A model generated the notes under the pieces. It ran no database searches. It was not told the DNA's origin and was given only the letters and a program-made list of their open reading frames with translations. From Candidatus Hydrogenedentota bacterium (lineage in GTDB: Bacteria > Hydrogenedentota > Hydrogenedentia > Hydrogenedentales > SLHB01), in contig BTVY01000007.1 in assembly GCA_045863335.1 (NCBI GenBank), positions 1 to 64,000 of the forward strand: a stretch of DNA of 64,000 bases, read 5' to 3'. Every line of letters starts with the position of its first letter. Position 1 is the first letter of the stretch. The position numbers were made by a program, and so were the translations under genes. Below are positions 39,578 to 50,060 of this stretch, in pieces.

Positions 39578-39757
39578 AGACTCCCATGCGCAGCGACGGC
39601 ATCATAACAACGGCCGGCGAAGCGGTCAATGGACGGCGTCCCATTGTGCGCAGCTCGCCGGCTTTGATACACTCCCGCCAAGCGGACGCCTTTGCAGGCA
39701 TCCGCCTTTTTTGTCTAAGGTCGCCCGAGTACAGCCGGGCGGGAGTACGAGCGAAAC

Positions 39758-40606
39758 ATGGCCCTCCGGGATCTTTGTGAACAATACGGCATCTCTTTCA
39801 AAAAGCAGTTGGGACAGAACCTGCTGCTCGACGAGAACATCAACCGCATCATGGTGGACGCCGCGGACATCACCGGCGCTGACGATGTCATCGAGGTGGG
39901 GGCGGGCCTCGGCGCGCTTACGGGTCGCATCGCGGAACGGGCGAACCGCGTTTTGGCCATCGAAATTGACCGTTCGTTCATGCCCTGCCTCGAGGATCAG
40001 TTCGGCGCGAACGACAAGGTAAAGCTATTCCGGGGCGACGTGCTGAACCACGACGTGGAGAAGCTGGTCGCGGAATACCTGCCGGAACCCAAGACGCTGA
40101 AGATGGTGTCGAACCTCCCCTACTACATCACAACCCCCGTCCTCTTTCATTTCTGGGAATCCTCACTGCACTTCGACCGGCTGGTCGTTATGACGCAAGA
40201 AGAGGTCGCCCTGCGCATGGTGGACCCGGTTGGAGGCCACGACTACGGCGTGCTGGCCTTGGCGGCGGCGCTGTATTCCGACGTCGACATTGTCCATAAA
40301 GTGCCGCGGACTTGTTTTCGTCCACAACCCCGCGTGGACAGTTGCATCGTCCGCATGCGATGCCGGCAAGAGCCGCTTTACCCCGACGTGCCGCCCAAGT
40401 TCCTCATGCGGATCATACGCTCCGCCTTTTCCCAGCGCCGGAAGACGCTGCGCAACTCGCTCACCCGGGCGGGCGCCTTCGGGGCGCCCAAAGAGGCCGT
40501 GTTGGAAGCCTTCGATGCCACGGGAATCGATCCCGGCCGGAGGCCCCAGACCCTGACGCTCGACGAATTTGCCGCGCTCGCGCGTGAAATCCGAAGCCGA
40601 ATCTGA
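39758..40606 (+). CDS. rsmA: 16S rRNA dimethyladenosine transferase RsmA/KsgA
   Basis: KKQLGQNLL, IEVGAGLG, SNLPYYITTP, FSQRRKTLRNSL. Confidence 0.96.
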   Translation: MALRDLCEQYGISFKKQLGQNLLLDENINRIMVDAADITGADDVIEVGAGLGALTGRIAERANRVLAIEIDRSFMPCLEDQFGANDKVKLFRGDVLNHDVEKLVAEYLPEPKTLKMVSNLPYYITTPVLFHFWESSLHFDRLVVMTQEEVALRMVDPVGGHDYGVLALAAALYSDVDIVHKVPRTCFRPQPRVDSCIVRMRCRQEPLYPDVPPKFLMRIIRSAFSQRRKTLRNSLTRAGAFGAPKEAVLEAFDATGIDPGRRPQTLTLDEFAALAREIRSRI

Positions 40607-40656
40607 CACACTGACGCGGCCGCGAACGGTTGGGGCCATCGTAGCGAAGGTGAACC

Positions 40657-41706
40657 ATGCTCGACTTGTATGAACAAATCGTCAACAGCCTGGGCAGCGG
40701 GGTCATCGCGCTGGACCCGGAAGGCCGGATCATCATGGCCAATCCGGCTGCCGCGGCCTACCTGGATGTCGATCCCTCGGTGCTCGCGCCGGGAACCGCT
40801 ATCACGGATGTCCCGAATGCCGGCCCCTTGGCTTCTGTCCTGCTCGAAGTCACGCAATCCGGCCAGCCATTGTCCCGGCATGAAGTCACCCTGGCCTTGC
40901 CCAATGGCACCGTGAAACAGATCGGCCTGAGCGCCTCGGTCCACACGGAAGAAGAGGCGCTCAACGGGATCATCGTGTTGTTTACCGACATGACCGAACG
41001 CGTGCGCCTCGAACGCTCGGCGGAACTCAACCGGCAACTGGCTGCGTTGGGCGAGTTGACGGCCGGCGTGGTCCACGAGTTGCGGAATCCCGTCAGCATC
41101 ATCAGCGGCATGGCCGAATTGCTCATCCGCAAACTGGAACCGGAAGACGAGCGAATGAATGCCGCACAAACCATCCTTCGCGAAACCGCCGACCTCGAAC
41201 GGCTCATTTCCCAGTTCCTGGGGTTTGCCCGCCCCTTCGAGTTGCAGCGAGGGAAATGTACGGCGGACGCGATCGTCGATCGCACGGTGCAATTGTGTAT
41301 TCGCCGTGCCGAGCAGAAGGGCGTATCGTTGGAAGGCCAGTCGCCCGCGAACATCCGCATCCATGCCGACCTCTACCGCGTGGCGCAGGCGCTCTCGAAC
41401 ATTGCGAACAACGCCATCGAAGCAGTCCCCGCGGGTGGTAGGGTGACGATCCGCGTATTGGTGGAGGAATCGGAAGTCGTGTTCGAAATCGAGGACAACG
41501 GCCCCGGTATCTCCCTCATGCCCGGCGAAGATGTTTTCCGGCCCTTCTTCACCAAGAAGGAAGGGGGAACCGGGCTTGGGCTGACCATCGCCCATCGCAT
41601 CATCGCCGCCCATGAGGGAACGGTGAAGTTCGACTCCGAAACGGTCGGCGGCGCGTGTTTCCAGGTACGGCTTCCGCGCGCGAACTCGGACCCGCCAGTT
41701 ACCTGA
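40657..41706 (+). CDS. cytoplasmic PAS-domain histidine kinase
   Basis: PAS domain, HELRNP, NIANNA, DNGPG, FFTKK, GTGLGL. Confidence 0.92.
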   Translation: MLDLYEQIVNSLGSGVIALDPEGRIIMANPAAAAYLDVDPSVLAPGTAITDVPNAGPLASVLLEVTQSGQPLSRHEVTLALPNGTVKQIGLSASVHTEEEALNGIIVLFTDMTERVRLERSAELNRQLAALGELTAGVVHELRNPVSIISGMAELLIRKLEPEDERMNAAQTILRETADLERLISQFLGFARPFELQRGKCTADAIVDRTVQLCIRRAEQKGVSLEGQSPANIRIHADLYRVAQALSNIANNAIEAVPAGGRVTIRVLVEESEVVFEIEDNGPGISLMPGEDVFRPFFTKKEGGTGLGLTIAHRIIAAHEGTVKFDSETVGGACFQVRLPRANSDPPVT

Positions 41707-42430
41707 CGGAGACCGCAAGGCCGCGCAGGATGTTCGGCAGCGCGGAAATGTCCGAGATCTTCAGGTCAGGTTCAAACTCGGGACCATCCTGAATCCGGTC
41801 GTGATACGTGCTGTCAACCAGGATGCCGGTCATGCCCACACCGTGGGCGCCCACGATATCGCGGTGGGGCTTATCGCCGACGTACCAGGCTTCTTCCGCG
41901 GGGACGTTCATGTCCTCCAGCGCTTGACGAAATATCGACGCATCGGGTTTGTTCATGCCAAACTCCGCGGAGAAAACCAAGGTGTCGAACAGGGGCAGGA
42001 TGCCGCCTTCCCGAAACAGGCGCCGGTGCTCTTCGGTGACCATGAGCGTATTCGAGACGAGACCGAGCCCGAACCCCATCGCGTGAAGCGCCTCCAGCGT
42101 TTGGCGCACAAACGGATAGAGCGGCCGCACCTCCCACTGCGCGATAACCCGGTACCAGAATTCGATGTTGTCTTCCGTGGGCTCGATTCCGGCCTTGGGA
42201 AGCCACTCGCTGATAATTGGGCGGGGGTCCAGGGCCGGCCGGGGCGACGGCAAAGCCTCGAAGGCGTGAATCAACGCCACGGACATGCCGATAAACCAAT
42301 CTTCGGTACCGGGCGATGGGATGCCGTCCGGAAACGATTTCCGATACCCGCTGGGATCCCACATATCGGCCGATTCGAGCAAGACGCCCCCCATGTCAAA
42401 AAGAATGGCGGAGGGTTTTTGTAAATCCAT
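41699..42430 (-). CDS. HAD family hydrolase
   Basis: LFDMGGVL, VSN, KPDASIF, VGDKPHRDIVGA. Confidence 0.9.
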   Translation of the reverse strand: MDLQKPSAILFDMGGVLLESADMWDPSGYRKSFPDGIPSPGTEDWFIGMSVALIHAFEALPSPRPALDPRPIISEWLPKAGIEPTEDNIEFWYRVIAQWEVRPLYPFVRQTLEALHAMGFGLGLVSNTLMVTEEHRRLFREGGILPLFDTLVFSAEFGMNKPDASIFRQALEDMNVPAEEAWYVGDKPHRDIVGAHGVGMTGILVDSTYHDRIQDGPEFEPDLKISDISALPNILRGLAVSVR

Positions 42431-42534
42431 GGGAAATCCTTCCAGTACGTTAGGGTTCGCGCGGAGGAACGGTCTTGTCCCCGATTGCCGGCCGGCAACT
42501 CGTCGATCGAATTGTACCGGACGAGGAAAAACTG

Positions 42535-42563
42535 TTGACCCCGGCGCGGGAGTCGGCTATTGT
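42535..42563 (+). promoter_or_regulatory. sigma70-type promoter
   Basis: TTGACC-N17-TATTGT, 27 nt before the ATG at 42591. Confidence 0.55.
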
Positions 42564-42590
42564 ATAGGCAAGCATTGTGGGGTGCAAAGT

Positions 42591-42920
42591 ATGAAAACTG
42601 GATTGCGGATAGTTGCGGGCGTGTGTGTCGCCGCGTCCTTCGTCCTTCTGCCGGGCTGCGGCACGCTGGGATCCGTTGCGGATCTTGCAAATTCGGTCGT
42701 CAATACGGCCGCCAATACTGCCGTCAAAGCCGTCAGCCCAAGCACCTACACCGGCAAGTCCAACGAGACCTACAACTCGCGCGAACCGCTGAAACGGCGC
42801 CGCAACACCATGAGCAGCCGGGAAGGGTCGCGGTCCTGGGCGTCCAAGTCCAGCCATTCCTCCAGCAGCAACCCCGACGTGGGCATGCCGTACAAGTCCC
42901 GGAACTTCGACAAGCGCTAA
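42591..42920 (+). CDS. small lipoprotein
   Basis: MKTGLRIVAGVCVAASFVLLPGC lipobox; Ser/Arg-rich tail. Confidence 0.7.
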   Translation: MKTGLRIVAGVCVAASFVLLPGCGTLGSVADLANSVVNTAANTAVKAVSPSTYTGKSNETYNSREPLKRRRNTMSSREGSRSWASKSSHSSSSNPDVGMPYKSRNFDKR

Positions 42921-42987
42921 GCGCGACGGTGGAACTTTCCTTGGCAACGTAGGGACCAAGTACCGTCTTCCGGCCTGCTTGGCGACT

Positions 42988-44007
42988 TCACCCCAATCCG
43001 TGGTGGCTGTTCTCCTTGACGATTTGCTCGTCGCTGACGATGGGAAATCTCGAAGGATAGCGGAGGTATGACACGTGCCCGTCCATGTACAGTACGTTTG
43101 ATCCTCCCGGTACGTGATTGAATGCCAGCCCCCCCGCTTCGTTGTCCGTGAACGCGCTGCTTCCGAAGGTGTCCCACATGATGGCGAGATTGCTTTCAGC
43201 GAACCCGGCGGCAGCGGGATTGTTGATATCGGTTATGTAGAATCGCTCTGCGCCCTGCCGAATGCGAACTACCGCGTCGGAACCAAAGGTGCCCGTAGCT
43301 ACCGGCGGAGCGGGCACCCACGGTGGCCACAGCGCCGTCTCCATGGGCAAGTCTTCCGTGTAATCTTTGACGCGCACCGTCGTGTGGCCCAGAATGGCCA
43401 CGTCTCCCATGATGGGATTGACGGACTTCGCTCCCCAGATTCCGTAGTACTCGGCCGTGTTGGTGGCGAGGTATCCTTTGTACATGTAGGAACGGGCAAG
43501 TTCCGCGCACAGGTAATAGTCGAATGAGACCAAGTCCTCGGCCTGCAGGGCATCGTCCTGCCATGCGTCAAATGCGATGGAGCCGGACGGCACACGGGGA
43601 CCGACACTCGCCCACCCGGGGTCGGCGCCTGAATCGGATGGACATTTCGCGATTGCGGAATCCGCGAGATAATCCGGAACGATACTTGCGCCGTGGGGTG
43701 ACTCAAAGAGCGGTGACGACCGTCCATCCGGCCGTACGCTGCCGTAGGGGGCCGGCGGCGGATAGTCGCCCTTGTTCTCGCCGGCGTACATGGCGAAGAT
43801 CGTGCCGAACTGTTTCAGATTGTTCTGGCACGAGGCACGCCGCGCCGATTCGCGGGCGCGCGCGAGCGCGGGCAGCAGAATGGCGGAAAGGATGCCGATA
43901 ATGGCGATAACAACCAGGAGTTCCACCAGGGTGAATCCCCGGGGTTCCGTCGTCGTTCGTACAGGTTTCAAATGATAAATGGAAACGTTCCTCATTAGGT
44001 TTGGCAT
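42988..44007 (-). CDS. DUF1559 prepilin-type N-terminal cleavage/methylation protein with H-X9-DG C-terminus
   Basis: [39 protein letters not shown]; [17 protein letters not shown]. Confidence 0.92.
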   Translation of the reverse strand: MPNLMRNVSIYHLKPVRTTTEPRGFTLVELLVVIAIIGILSAILLPALARARESARRASCQNNLKQFGTIFAMYAGENKGDYPPPAPYGSVRPDGRSSPLFESPHGASIVPDYLADSAIAKCPSDSGADPGWASVGPRVPSGSIAFDAWQDDALQAEDLVSFDYYLCAELARSYMYKGYLATNTAEYYGIWGAKSVNPIMGDVAILGHTTVRVKDYTEDLPMETALWPPWVPAPPVATGTFGSDAVVRIRQGAERFYITDINNPAAAGFAESNLAIMWDTFGSSAFTDNEAGGLAFNHVPGGSNVLYMDGHVSYLRYPSRFPIVSDEQIVKENSHHGLG

Positions 44008-44019
44008 GGCCGCAACGCT

Positions 44020-45495
44020 TCAGTCCGTGTCGGGGAGTGATGCGGAAAGCCAATCGACAACAGTCCGCAGCGCTTTGACTCGGGCGTAACGCTTGTCATT
44101 CGCTTCTATGATAATCCATGGCGCATGGGGTGTCGAGGTACGCTCGATCATGTCGGACACGGGATCCCAGTAATCCTCCCAGCGCTCGCGATTGCGCCAG
44201 TCCTCATCGGTTAGTTTCCACCGCTTATGCGGCAGCGTTTCCCGCTCTTTGAACCGGTTCAGTTGCTCGTCCTTAGAGATATGTAGATAGAACTTCACAA
44301 GGACCGCCCCGAATTCCACGAGTTGCTGCTCGAATTCGTTGATCTCGCGGTAGGCCCGCTCCCATTCGTGCGGTTTGGCGAACCCTTCCACGCGCTCGAC
44401 GAGGACGCGGCCATACCAGCTCCGGTCGAAGATGGTGAAGTGCCCCGCCTTCGGCAATGCCGACCAGAATCGCCAGAGATAATGCCGGCGCCGTTCCTCG
44501 CCCTGAGGCGCGCCGACGGGGACCACCTCGTACCCGCGCGGGTCAAGGCCCCGCGTCAGCCGGCGGATGTTGCCGCCCTTTCCGGAGGCGTCGGTTCCCT
44601 CGTAGACAATGATCACCGGCGTTCGCGCGAAGTAGCAGAGGTGCTGCAGGCGCCGCAACTCGGACTGAAGCCTTGGCAGCGCCTTGTCGTATTCCTTCCG
44701 TTCAATCTTGACCGCAAGGTCTACCCGATCCAGCGGGCTTGTCCGCCGGGGCGCCGCAATCACGGGCTGCGCCGTACCGCTTTCACCTCCCGCGAGCGCC
44801 GCCTTGAGCGCGGCATGCAACGTTTCCGCGACCATGACTTCGGCGAAATTCTCGTCCGTCGCGGGAACGATGGTCCACGGCGCGTACGAGGTCGATGTTT
44901 CGCGCAGCATGTCCTCGACGGCCTGCTCGTAGTCCGAGTATTTCTTGTGCCGTTTGCGTTCCGCTTTACCGACCTTCCACGCGAAGGCGGGATCCTTGGC
45001 AATCCGCTTAAACCGTTTCGCCTGTTCCTTCTTGGAAATGTGGAAGAAGAACTTGACGACGACCGCACCATCGTCCTGCAATTGCCGCTCAAAAGTCCGG
45101 ATACGTTCGTAGGCCTGGTGCAGCCCCGCGCCATTCACGTCGCCCTCGACGCGCTCGTTGAGCACCTGCCGGTACCAGCTATGGTTGTAGATGGCAATGG
45201 TGCCGCGCGCCGGCGCGGTGAGCCAGAACCGGCACAAAGCGGGATACATGCGTTCTTCGAGGGTCGGTTCCTTGATGTTGTGCACTTTATAGCCGCGCGG
45301 GTCCAGGGGTTGCAGCAACCGGTTCAGTACAGACCCTTTCCCCGCCGCGTCCCACCCCTCAAAGACGACAAGCACCGGGCAGCCGTCCGGCTGCAAGTCC
45401 CGCTGTAACTGGGACAACTCGAGGTCCAGCCGATCGAGCGCTTCTTTCGCGTCTTTTTTAGACAAGCGGGCGTCGAGGTCTGCGGTTTCCAACAT
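44020..45495 (-). CDS. pap: two-domain polyphosphate kinase 2 (polyphosphate:AMP phosphotransferase)
   Basis: Two PPK2 domains: EGWDAAGKG..NHSWY and EGTDASGKG..FDRSWYGRVLVERVEG; start trimmed to MLETAD. Confidence 0.9.
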   Translation of the reverse strand: MLETADLDARLSKKDAKEALDRLDLELSQLQRDLQPDGCPVLVVFEGWDAAGKGSVLNRLLQPLDPRGYKVHNIKEPTLEERMYPALCRFWLTAPARGTIAIYNHSWYRQVLNERVEGDVNGAGLHQAYERIRTFERQLQDDGAVVVKFFFHISKKEQAKRFKRIAKDPAFAWKVGKAERKRHKKYSDYEQAVEDMLRETSTSYAPWTIVPATDENFAEVMVAETLHAALKAALAGGESGTAQPVIAAPRRTSPLDRVDLAVKIERKEYDKALPRLQSELRRLQHLCYFARTPVIIVYEGTDASGKGGNIRRLTRGLDPRGYEVVPVGAPQGEERRRHYLWRFWSALPKAGHFTIFDRSWYGRVLVERVEGFAKPHEWERAYREINEFEQQLVEFGAVLVKFYLHISKDEQLNRFKERETLPHKRWKLTDEDWRNRERWEDYWDPVSDMIERTSTPHAPWIIIEANDKRYARVKALRTVVDWLSASLPDTD

Positions 45496-45556
45496 CGCGG
45501 CAACTCCTTGTACTGCAAGATTACGGGCGGGACCGGTCGAGATACAACGGCATTGC

Positions 45557-46156
45557 TTAGTCCTTGAGTAATTCGGGATGGTACTTCGCAGTGCACTCCG
45601 GACACATGCCGTGGCTGAATTCCGCGTTGGAGTGTTCGGCGACGTACTCCTCGATGCGCTGCCAAGACGCATCATCGGACTGGATTCGCCGGCAGTACAT
45701 GCAGATGGGAAGAATCCCTTGTAGCGTCTTGATGTGGTCCATTGCGCCTTGAAGCTCACGAAGCCTCCGCGCTCCTTCCAGTTCGAGTGCGACGATCCGC
45801 TCGCCAGCCCCCACCCGGGCCTTGAGTTCGTCGCGGTCGAAGGGCTTCACGATGTAGTCGTCCGCGCCGGCATTCAGCCCAAAGGCGATATCGGCTTTGT
45901 TTGCGCGCGCGGTCACCAGGATGATGTAGGGAAGCGTGTCTTTCCGGTTTTGGCGCACGCGGCGACACACCTCGACCCCGTCGATACCGGGCATCATCCA
46001 GTCCAAAAGGGCCAGCGGCGGACTATCCGCTTCGAGCAGGATCTCGAGGGCGCGTTCACCGTTGTTCACGACCTGCACATGGTATCCCCATTTCTCCAGT
46101 ACGGCCTCAAGCATCCGGCGCGAAGTGACGTCGTCTTCTGCTATCAGGATTTCCAT
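45557..46156 (-). CDS. response regulator with C-terminal CxxC...H-xx-CxxC domain
   Basis: AEDD, LLDWMMP, KPF; tail LPICMYCRRI..FSHGMCPEC. Confidence 0.9.
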   Translation of the reverse strand: MEILIAEDDVTSRRMLEAVLEKWGYHVQVVNNGERALEILLEADSPPLALLDWMMPGIDGVEVCRRVRQNRKDTLPYIILVTARANKADIAFGLNAGADDYIVKPFDRDELKARVGAGERIVALELEGARRLRELQGAMDHIKTLQGILPICMYCRRIQSDDASWQRIEEYVAEHSNAEFSHGMCPECTAKYHPELLKD

Positions 46157-46207
46157 CGATTCTATCCTCGGGTACCTGGAGATCGGCCGTCCGCCCCGTC
46201 CCCCATC

Positions 46208-49200
46208 CTACGAAACAACGATGACCGACTTAAACTTCTGTAAGGCAAGCTCCACATCCTTGAGGGCGGCATCCACTAACTCCCAATCCTGCTTCGCGGC
46301 ACTCGCTTCGAGGGTACGAGCCGAATCTGCAATGTCTCCAGCCTCGACGTTCAGTGCGGAACCCTTTAACGTGTGCGCCAAGCGGCTGAGCGAGGTGGCG
46401 TCCCGCTGCGAAATCGCGCTCCGCATACGACCGAATTGCGCGTCGCAATCCGCCAGAAAGACCTGCACCAGTTCGTCGAACAATTCAGTGTCGTTGTCCA
46501 GCCGCGCCAACAGCGCTCGACGGTTGAACACGGGTTTTCGGCTCCCCTTGCCAGGTCGATCCTTTGGCATTTCGGGCACCGTAGTGCCGTCCCCAACGTA
46601 CCGTTCGATCATCTCGGCCAGCTCGCGGGGCTGTAACGGTTTGGCCAGATAGTCGTCCATGCCCGCGGCAATATACCGGTCGCGGTCCCCCTGCATGGCG
46701 TGCGCCGTAAGCGCGACGATTGGAATGCGCCGCTTGGCGCCGGACTCTCCCTGGCGAATGATCCGTGTGGCCTCAATCCCATCCATTTCCGGCATCTGGC
46801 CGTCCATTAGAATCAAGTCGTAGGGCAGGCGTTTAACGGCTGATACTGCTTCCATTCCGTTTGCGACCGCATCGGCGCGATAGCCGAGTTTTTCAATAAT
46901 CCGGAGCGCCACCTTCTGGTTGATGGGGTTGTCTTCGGCAACAAGAATCCGTTTCGTATATTTCTTGCGCTCGACGACGGAATGGCGGGTGATTAGCCGC
47001 TGCGGCTTCTCCGACTCGCCGCGGCGGCGAGTGCCCAGCGCCGCACGGAGGCAATCGTAGAGCTGGGAGCGTTTGACCGGTTTGGTGAGGTACGCCACAA
47101 ACCCCAGCTCGTGAAACCGGGACGCTTCGCCCCGGCGCGCGCTGGACGTGATCATGACCAGAACGGGGTCTCCCAACACGGCGTCCGCCCTGATGGCACT
47201 GGCAAGTTGCTGCCCATCCATCTCGGGCATAAGGGAGTCGATGAGGACGAGGTCAAATGGCGTTCCAGCGCTGGCCCGCGCCCGAATCGCGTCGAGTGCG
47301 GAACGGCCATCCGCTACCACCTCGCAATGACATCCCCATCGGTTCAACTGTTGAGACAAGACAGCCCGATTCGTCTGGTTGTCGTCAACAACAAGGATCC
47401 GCCGGCCCTCGATGGGCTCCAGGGGAAATTCTTCTTCGGTGTCTGCGCCGCGCTGGTGCTCCAACCTGCACGTAAACCAGAATGTCGACCCCTTTCCTTC
47501 TTCGCTCTCGACGCCGATTTCCCCTCCCATGAGGTTTGCAAGCTGCATCGATATGGCAAGTCCCAGCCCCGTGCCGCCATACCGGCGCGTGGTGGAGCTG
47601 TCGACTTGAGAGAAGGACTTAAACAAGCGGTCCATCCTATCCTTCGGAATCCCGATTCCCGTATCCGTCACGGCAAACCGGATTGTCGATAGGTGCTCGG
47701 ACTCCTGGTCGAGCGTCGCATGAATGATGACTTCGCCGTGCTCCGTGAACTTGATGGCGTTGGAAACCAGATTGATGAGGATCTGGCGGAGCCGTCCCGG
47801 ATCGCCTTTGACGCGCGACGGCACACCGGGCTCCACGAGCGACGCGATCTCCAGGCCTTTCTCCTGCGCCCGCACGGCAAGCAGGTCGAGGACTTCCTCA
47901 ATCGCGATACGCAGATCGAAGTCAATGACCTCCAGTTCGAGGCGCCCCGCTTCCACCTTGGAAAAGTCGAGAATATCATTGATGATGGCAAGGAGGGCAT
48001 TTGACGACTCGATAATGGTCTCCGCATGGTCGCGCTGTTCGTCATCCAACTCCGTGTCGAGCAACAGACCCGTCATGCCGATGACCCCATTCATGGGCGT
48101 ACGAATCTCATGGCTCATGTTGGCCAGGAATTCGCTCTTGGCGGCGTTCGCGACTTCCGCCTCGATGGCCATCTGATTCGCGCGGGCAATCGCTTCCTGC
48201 AGTTGTTCGTTCGTCCGTTCCGCTTCTTCCTTCGCTCGAACCAGCGCCGCTTCCGCGCTGACCCGATCGGTCACGTCCCGCCCGACCGACTGATACTCGA
48301 TTGGATGACGCGTATCGTCGAAAAACCCGCGGATCGTCCATTCGTACCATCGCGGATCATCTCCCGGTGCGGTGATCTTGCTCCGGTGCGTAACCATGGG
48401 ACTCTCCGGTGTGCGTTGCCGGATCAGGTCGGCGACCACCCCGTTTTCAGGTTCAGGAATGAGTTCCAGGAGATTTTGACCGACGAGTGTCTCGGGAGTC
48501 TTGCCCACGAGTTGGGCGAAGGCCCCGTTCACGTACCTGAGCGTTCCGTCCGGCGCGAATCGGTGCACGGCTTCCGTCTGGTCTTCGAGTACACCGCGCA
48601 ATCGCGCCTCACTCTCCTTGAGTGCCTGCTGTGCATGTTCGCGCTCGTGGACCTCCTCCTGAAGTTGCTTGGTACGCTCTAGCACGCGCGTTTCAAGTTC
48701 CGCATGCGCTTGCTGCAACGCTGCGTCGCGGCTTTGGATACGGTCCAACATCGCATTGAACTGGTCGATGAGATCGCCCATCTCGTCCTGCCCAAAGGTC
48801 TTGGCCCGAGTGGAGTAGTCTTTTCGTTCGGAAACGTGCTTTGCGACTGCACCCAGATGAAAAATCGGGTCGGTAATCAAGTACCGCCACCGCGATTGTA
48901 GCACCAGCGCTAGAATCAGTGCCGCTCCGATGGCGAGGGCGAACACGACGATGTCCCGCATGACGCGGGTCCAGAAGGAGTTTCGGTTGGCATGGAGCAC
49001 GAGGGTTCCCACCGGCGTGCCGTCACGCTCGATCGGTTTAACGACAATCATCTCTTTCCACGACAGGGACACCGCGCGCGCCGGAATGCCAGGATCCTCT
49101 TGGTGTTCCTGAACGGGTAGGCGATGCCAGTGCGTGAACAACTCGCCTTCCGCGCCGTAGATGAACGCCGTCTCGATCTCCTCCATGACGGTCATGGCCG

Positions 49201-49447
49201 ACATGATCGTCTCGGCTTCGCCGGCGGCATCAAACATCACGGCCGCCGCGCTATTCTCGGCGATAACCGAAGCGATGGCTCGGAGATCCTCGATTGTGGA
49301 GTTCCGAAACGACACCAGATCCACAGTGACAATTGTGGACGCAGCGAGCAACAATGCCGCGAGGCTCGGTAGCATCACCAGCAGCGTCAGCTTCTTGCCG
49401 ATGGAGAGATCGTTAAGCCGGAGCTTCTTCACGGTCCTCCTCCCCAT
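46208..49447 (-). CDS. hybrid sensor kinase (periplasmic sensor-HAMP-PAS-HisKA-HATPase-REC-REC-Hpt)
   Basis: 2 TM helices, HAMP (DEMGDL..FNAML), [18 protein letters not shown], two REC domains, Hpt AHTLKGS; GTG at 49432 is a possible start. Confidence 0.93.
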   Translation of the reverse strand: MGRRTVKKLRLNDLSIGKKLTLLVMLPSLAALLLAASTIVTVDLVSFRNSTIEDLRAIASVIAENSAAAVMFDAAGEAETIMSAMTVMEEIETAFIYGAEGELFTHWHRLPVQEHQEDPGIPARAVSLSWKEMIVVKPIERDGTPVGTLVLHANRNSFWTRVMRDIVVFALAIGAALILALVLQSRWRYLITDPIFHLGAVAKHVSERKDYSTRAKTFGQDEMGDLIDQFNAMLDRIQSRDAALQQAHAELETRVLERTKQLQEEVHEREHAQQALKESEARLRGVLEDQTEAVHRFAPDGTLRYVNGAFAQLVGKTPETLVGQNLLELIPEPENGVVADLIRQRTPESPMVTHRSKITAPGDDPRWYEWTIRGFFDDTRHPIEYQSVGRDVTDRVSAEAALVRAKEEAERTNEQLQEAIARANQMAIEAEVANAAKSEFLANMSHEIRTPMNGVIGMTGLLLDTELDDEQRDHAETIIESSNALLAIINDILDFSKVEAGRLELEVIDFDLRIAIEEVLDLLAVRAQEKGLEIASLVEPGVPSRVKGDPGRLRQILINLVSNAIKFTEHGEVIIHATLDQESEHLSTIRFAVTDTGIGIPKDRMDRLFKSFSQVDSSTTRRYGGTGLGLAISMQLANLMGGEIGVESEEGKGSTFWFTCRLEHQRGADTEEEFPLEPIEGRRILVVDDNQTNRAVLSQQLNRWGCHCEVVADGRSALDAIRARASAGTPFDLVLIDSLMPEMDGQQLASAIRADAVLGDPVLVMITSSARRGEASRFHELGFVAYLTKPVKRSQLYDCLRAALGTRRRGESEKPQRLITRHSVVERKKYTKRILVAEDNPINQKVALRIIEKLGYRADAVANGMEAVSAVKRLPYDLILMDGQMPEMDGIEATRIIRQGESGAKRRIPIVALTAHAMQGDRDRYIAAGMDDYLAKPLQPRELAEMIERYVGDGTTVPEMPKDRPGKGSRKPVFNRRALLARLDNDTELFDELVQVFLADCDAQFGRMRSAISQRDATSLSRLAHTLKGSALNVEAGDIADSARTLEASAAKQDWELVDAALKDVELALQKFKSVIVVS

Positions 49448-50060
49448 CTTCCTCGGATTCGATAAGGTGTGCCAGGCTCAAGAGCTGGGAGCTAATGCGA
49501 ATGTTCGCCCGCTGGGCGGATTTCGCATTGATCTCAAACCGGATCTTGCCTTCCCGTTCGACAAAATTAATGATGCCGCCGCGTTTCGCGAAGTCGGCAG
49601 AATCGCCGATCGTCAGGATATGTCGTTCGTGCAACTTCGTTGTCAGGGATTGAACGTCGGCGGGCACCGGCTGGGCGACGAACACCATATGACAGGCACT
49701 AAGTTCTTCGACGTCGTTCGACCGCCTGGCTTCGAGCGTTCGACCGCGAACCGACTTGCCTTCTATGGTGCGGTCCAGTGATGTTCCGAATGGATCCTCG
49801 CCCAGAATGCCGATTCGGATCGGCGTATCGTTCTCCGGAAAGGACTCCTCCGGCCACTCGACAAAACTGACGAATTTGAAAATGAATGCGGCCTTGACTT
49901 CGTATTCGGTCGGCGCCTCGTCCGTCGCACCCGAAACCGGTGTTTCGCTCGCGCCCAGAATGGCCACCAGGAAACCCAACGTCAGCCGAAGACATTGGCG
50001 TTGCGCAGCCACACGAGCCGCGCGACGAGCACGGGTCGCGTATTGCGTCAGAACCTCCAT
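49413..50060 (-). CDS. YfiR/HmsC family periplasmic protein (DUF4154)
   Basis: EYEVKAAFIFKFVSFVEWP, LTIGD, GGIINF, RFEIN, ISSQLLSLA. Confidence 0.9.
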   Translation of the reverse strand: MEVLTQYATRARRAARVAAQRQCLRLTLGFLVAILGASETPVSGATDEAPTEYEVKAAFIFKFVSFVEWPEESFPENDTPIRIGILGEDPFGTSLDRTIEGKSVRGRTLEARRSNDVEELSACHMVFVAQPVPADVQSLTTKLHERHILTIGDSADFAKRGGIINFVEREGKIRFEINAKSAQRANIRISSQLLSLAHLIESEEDGEEDREEAPA

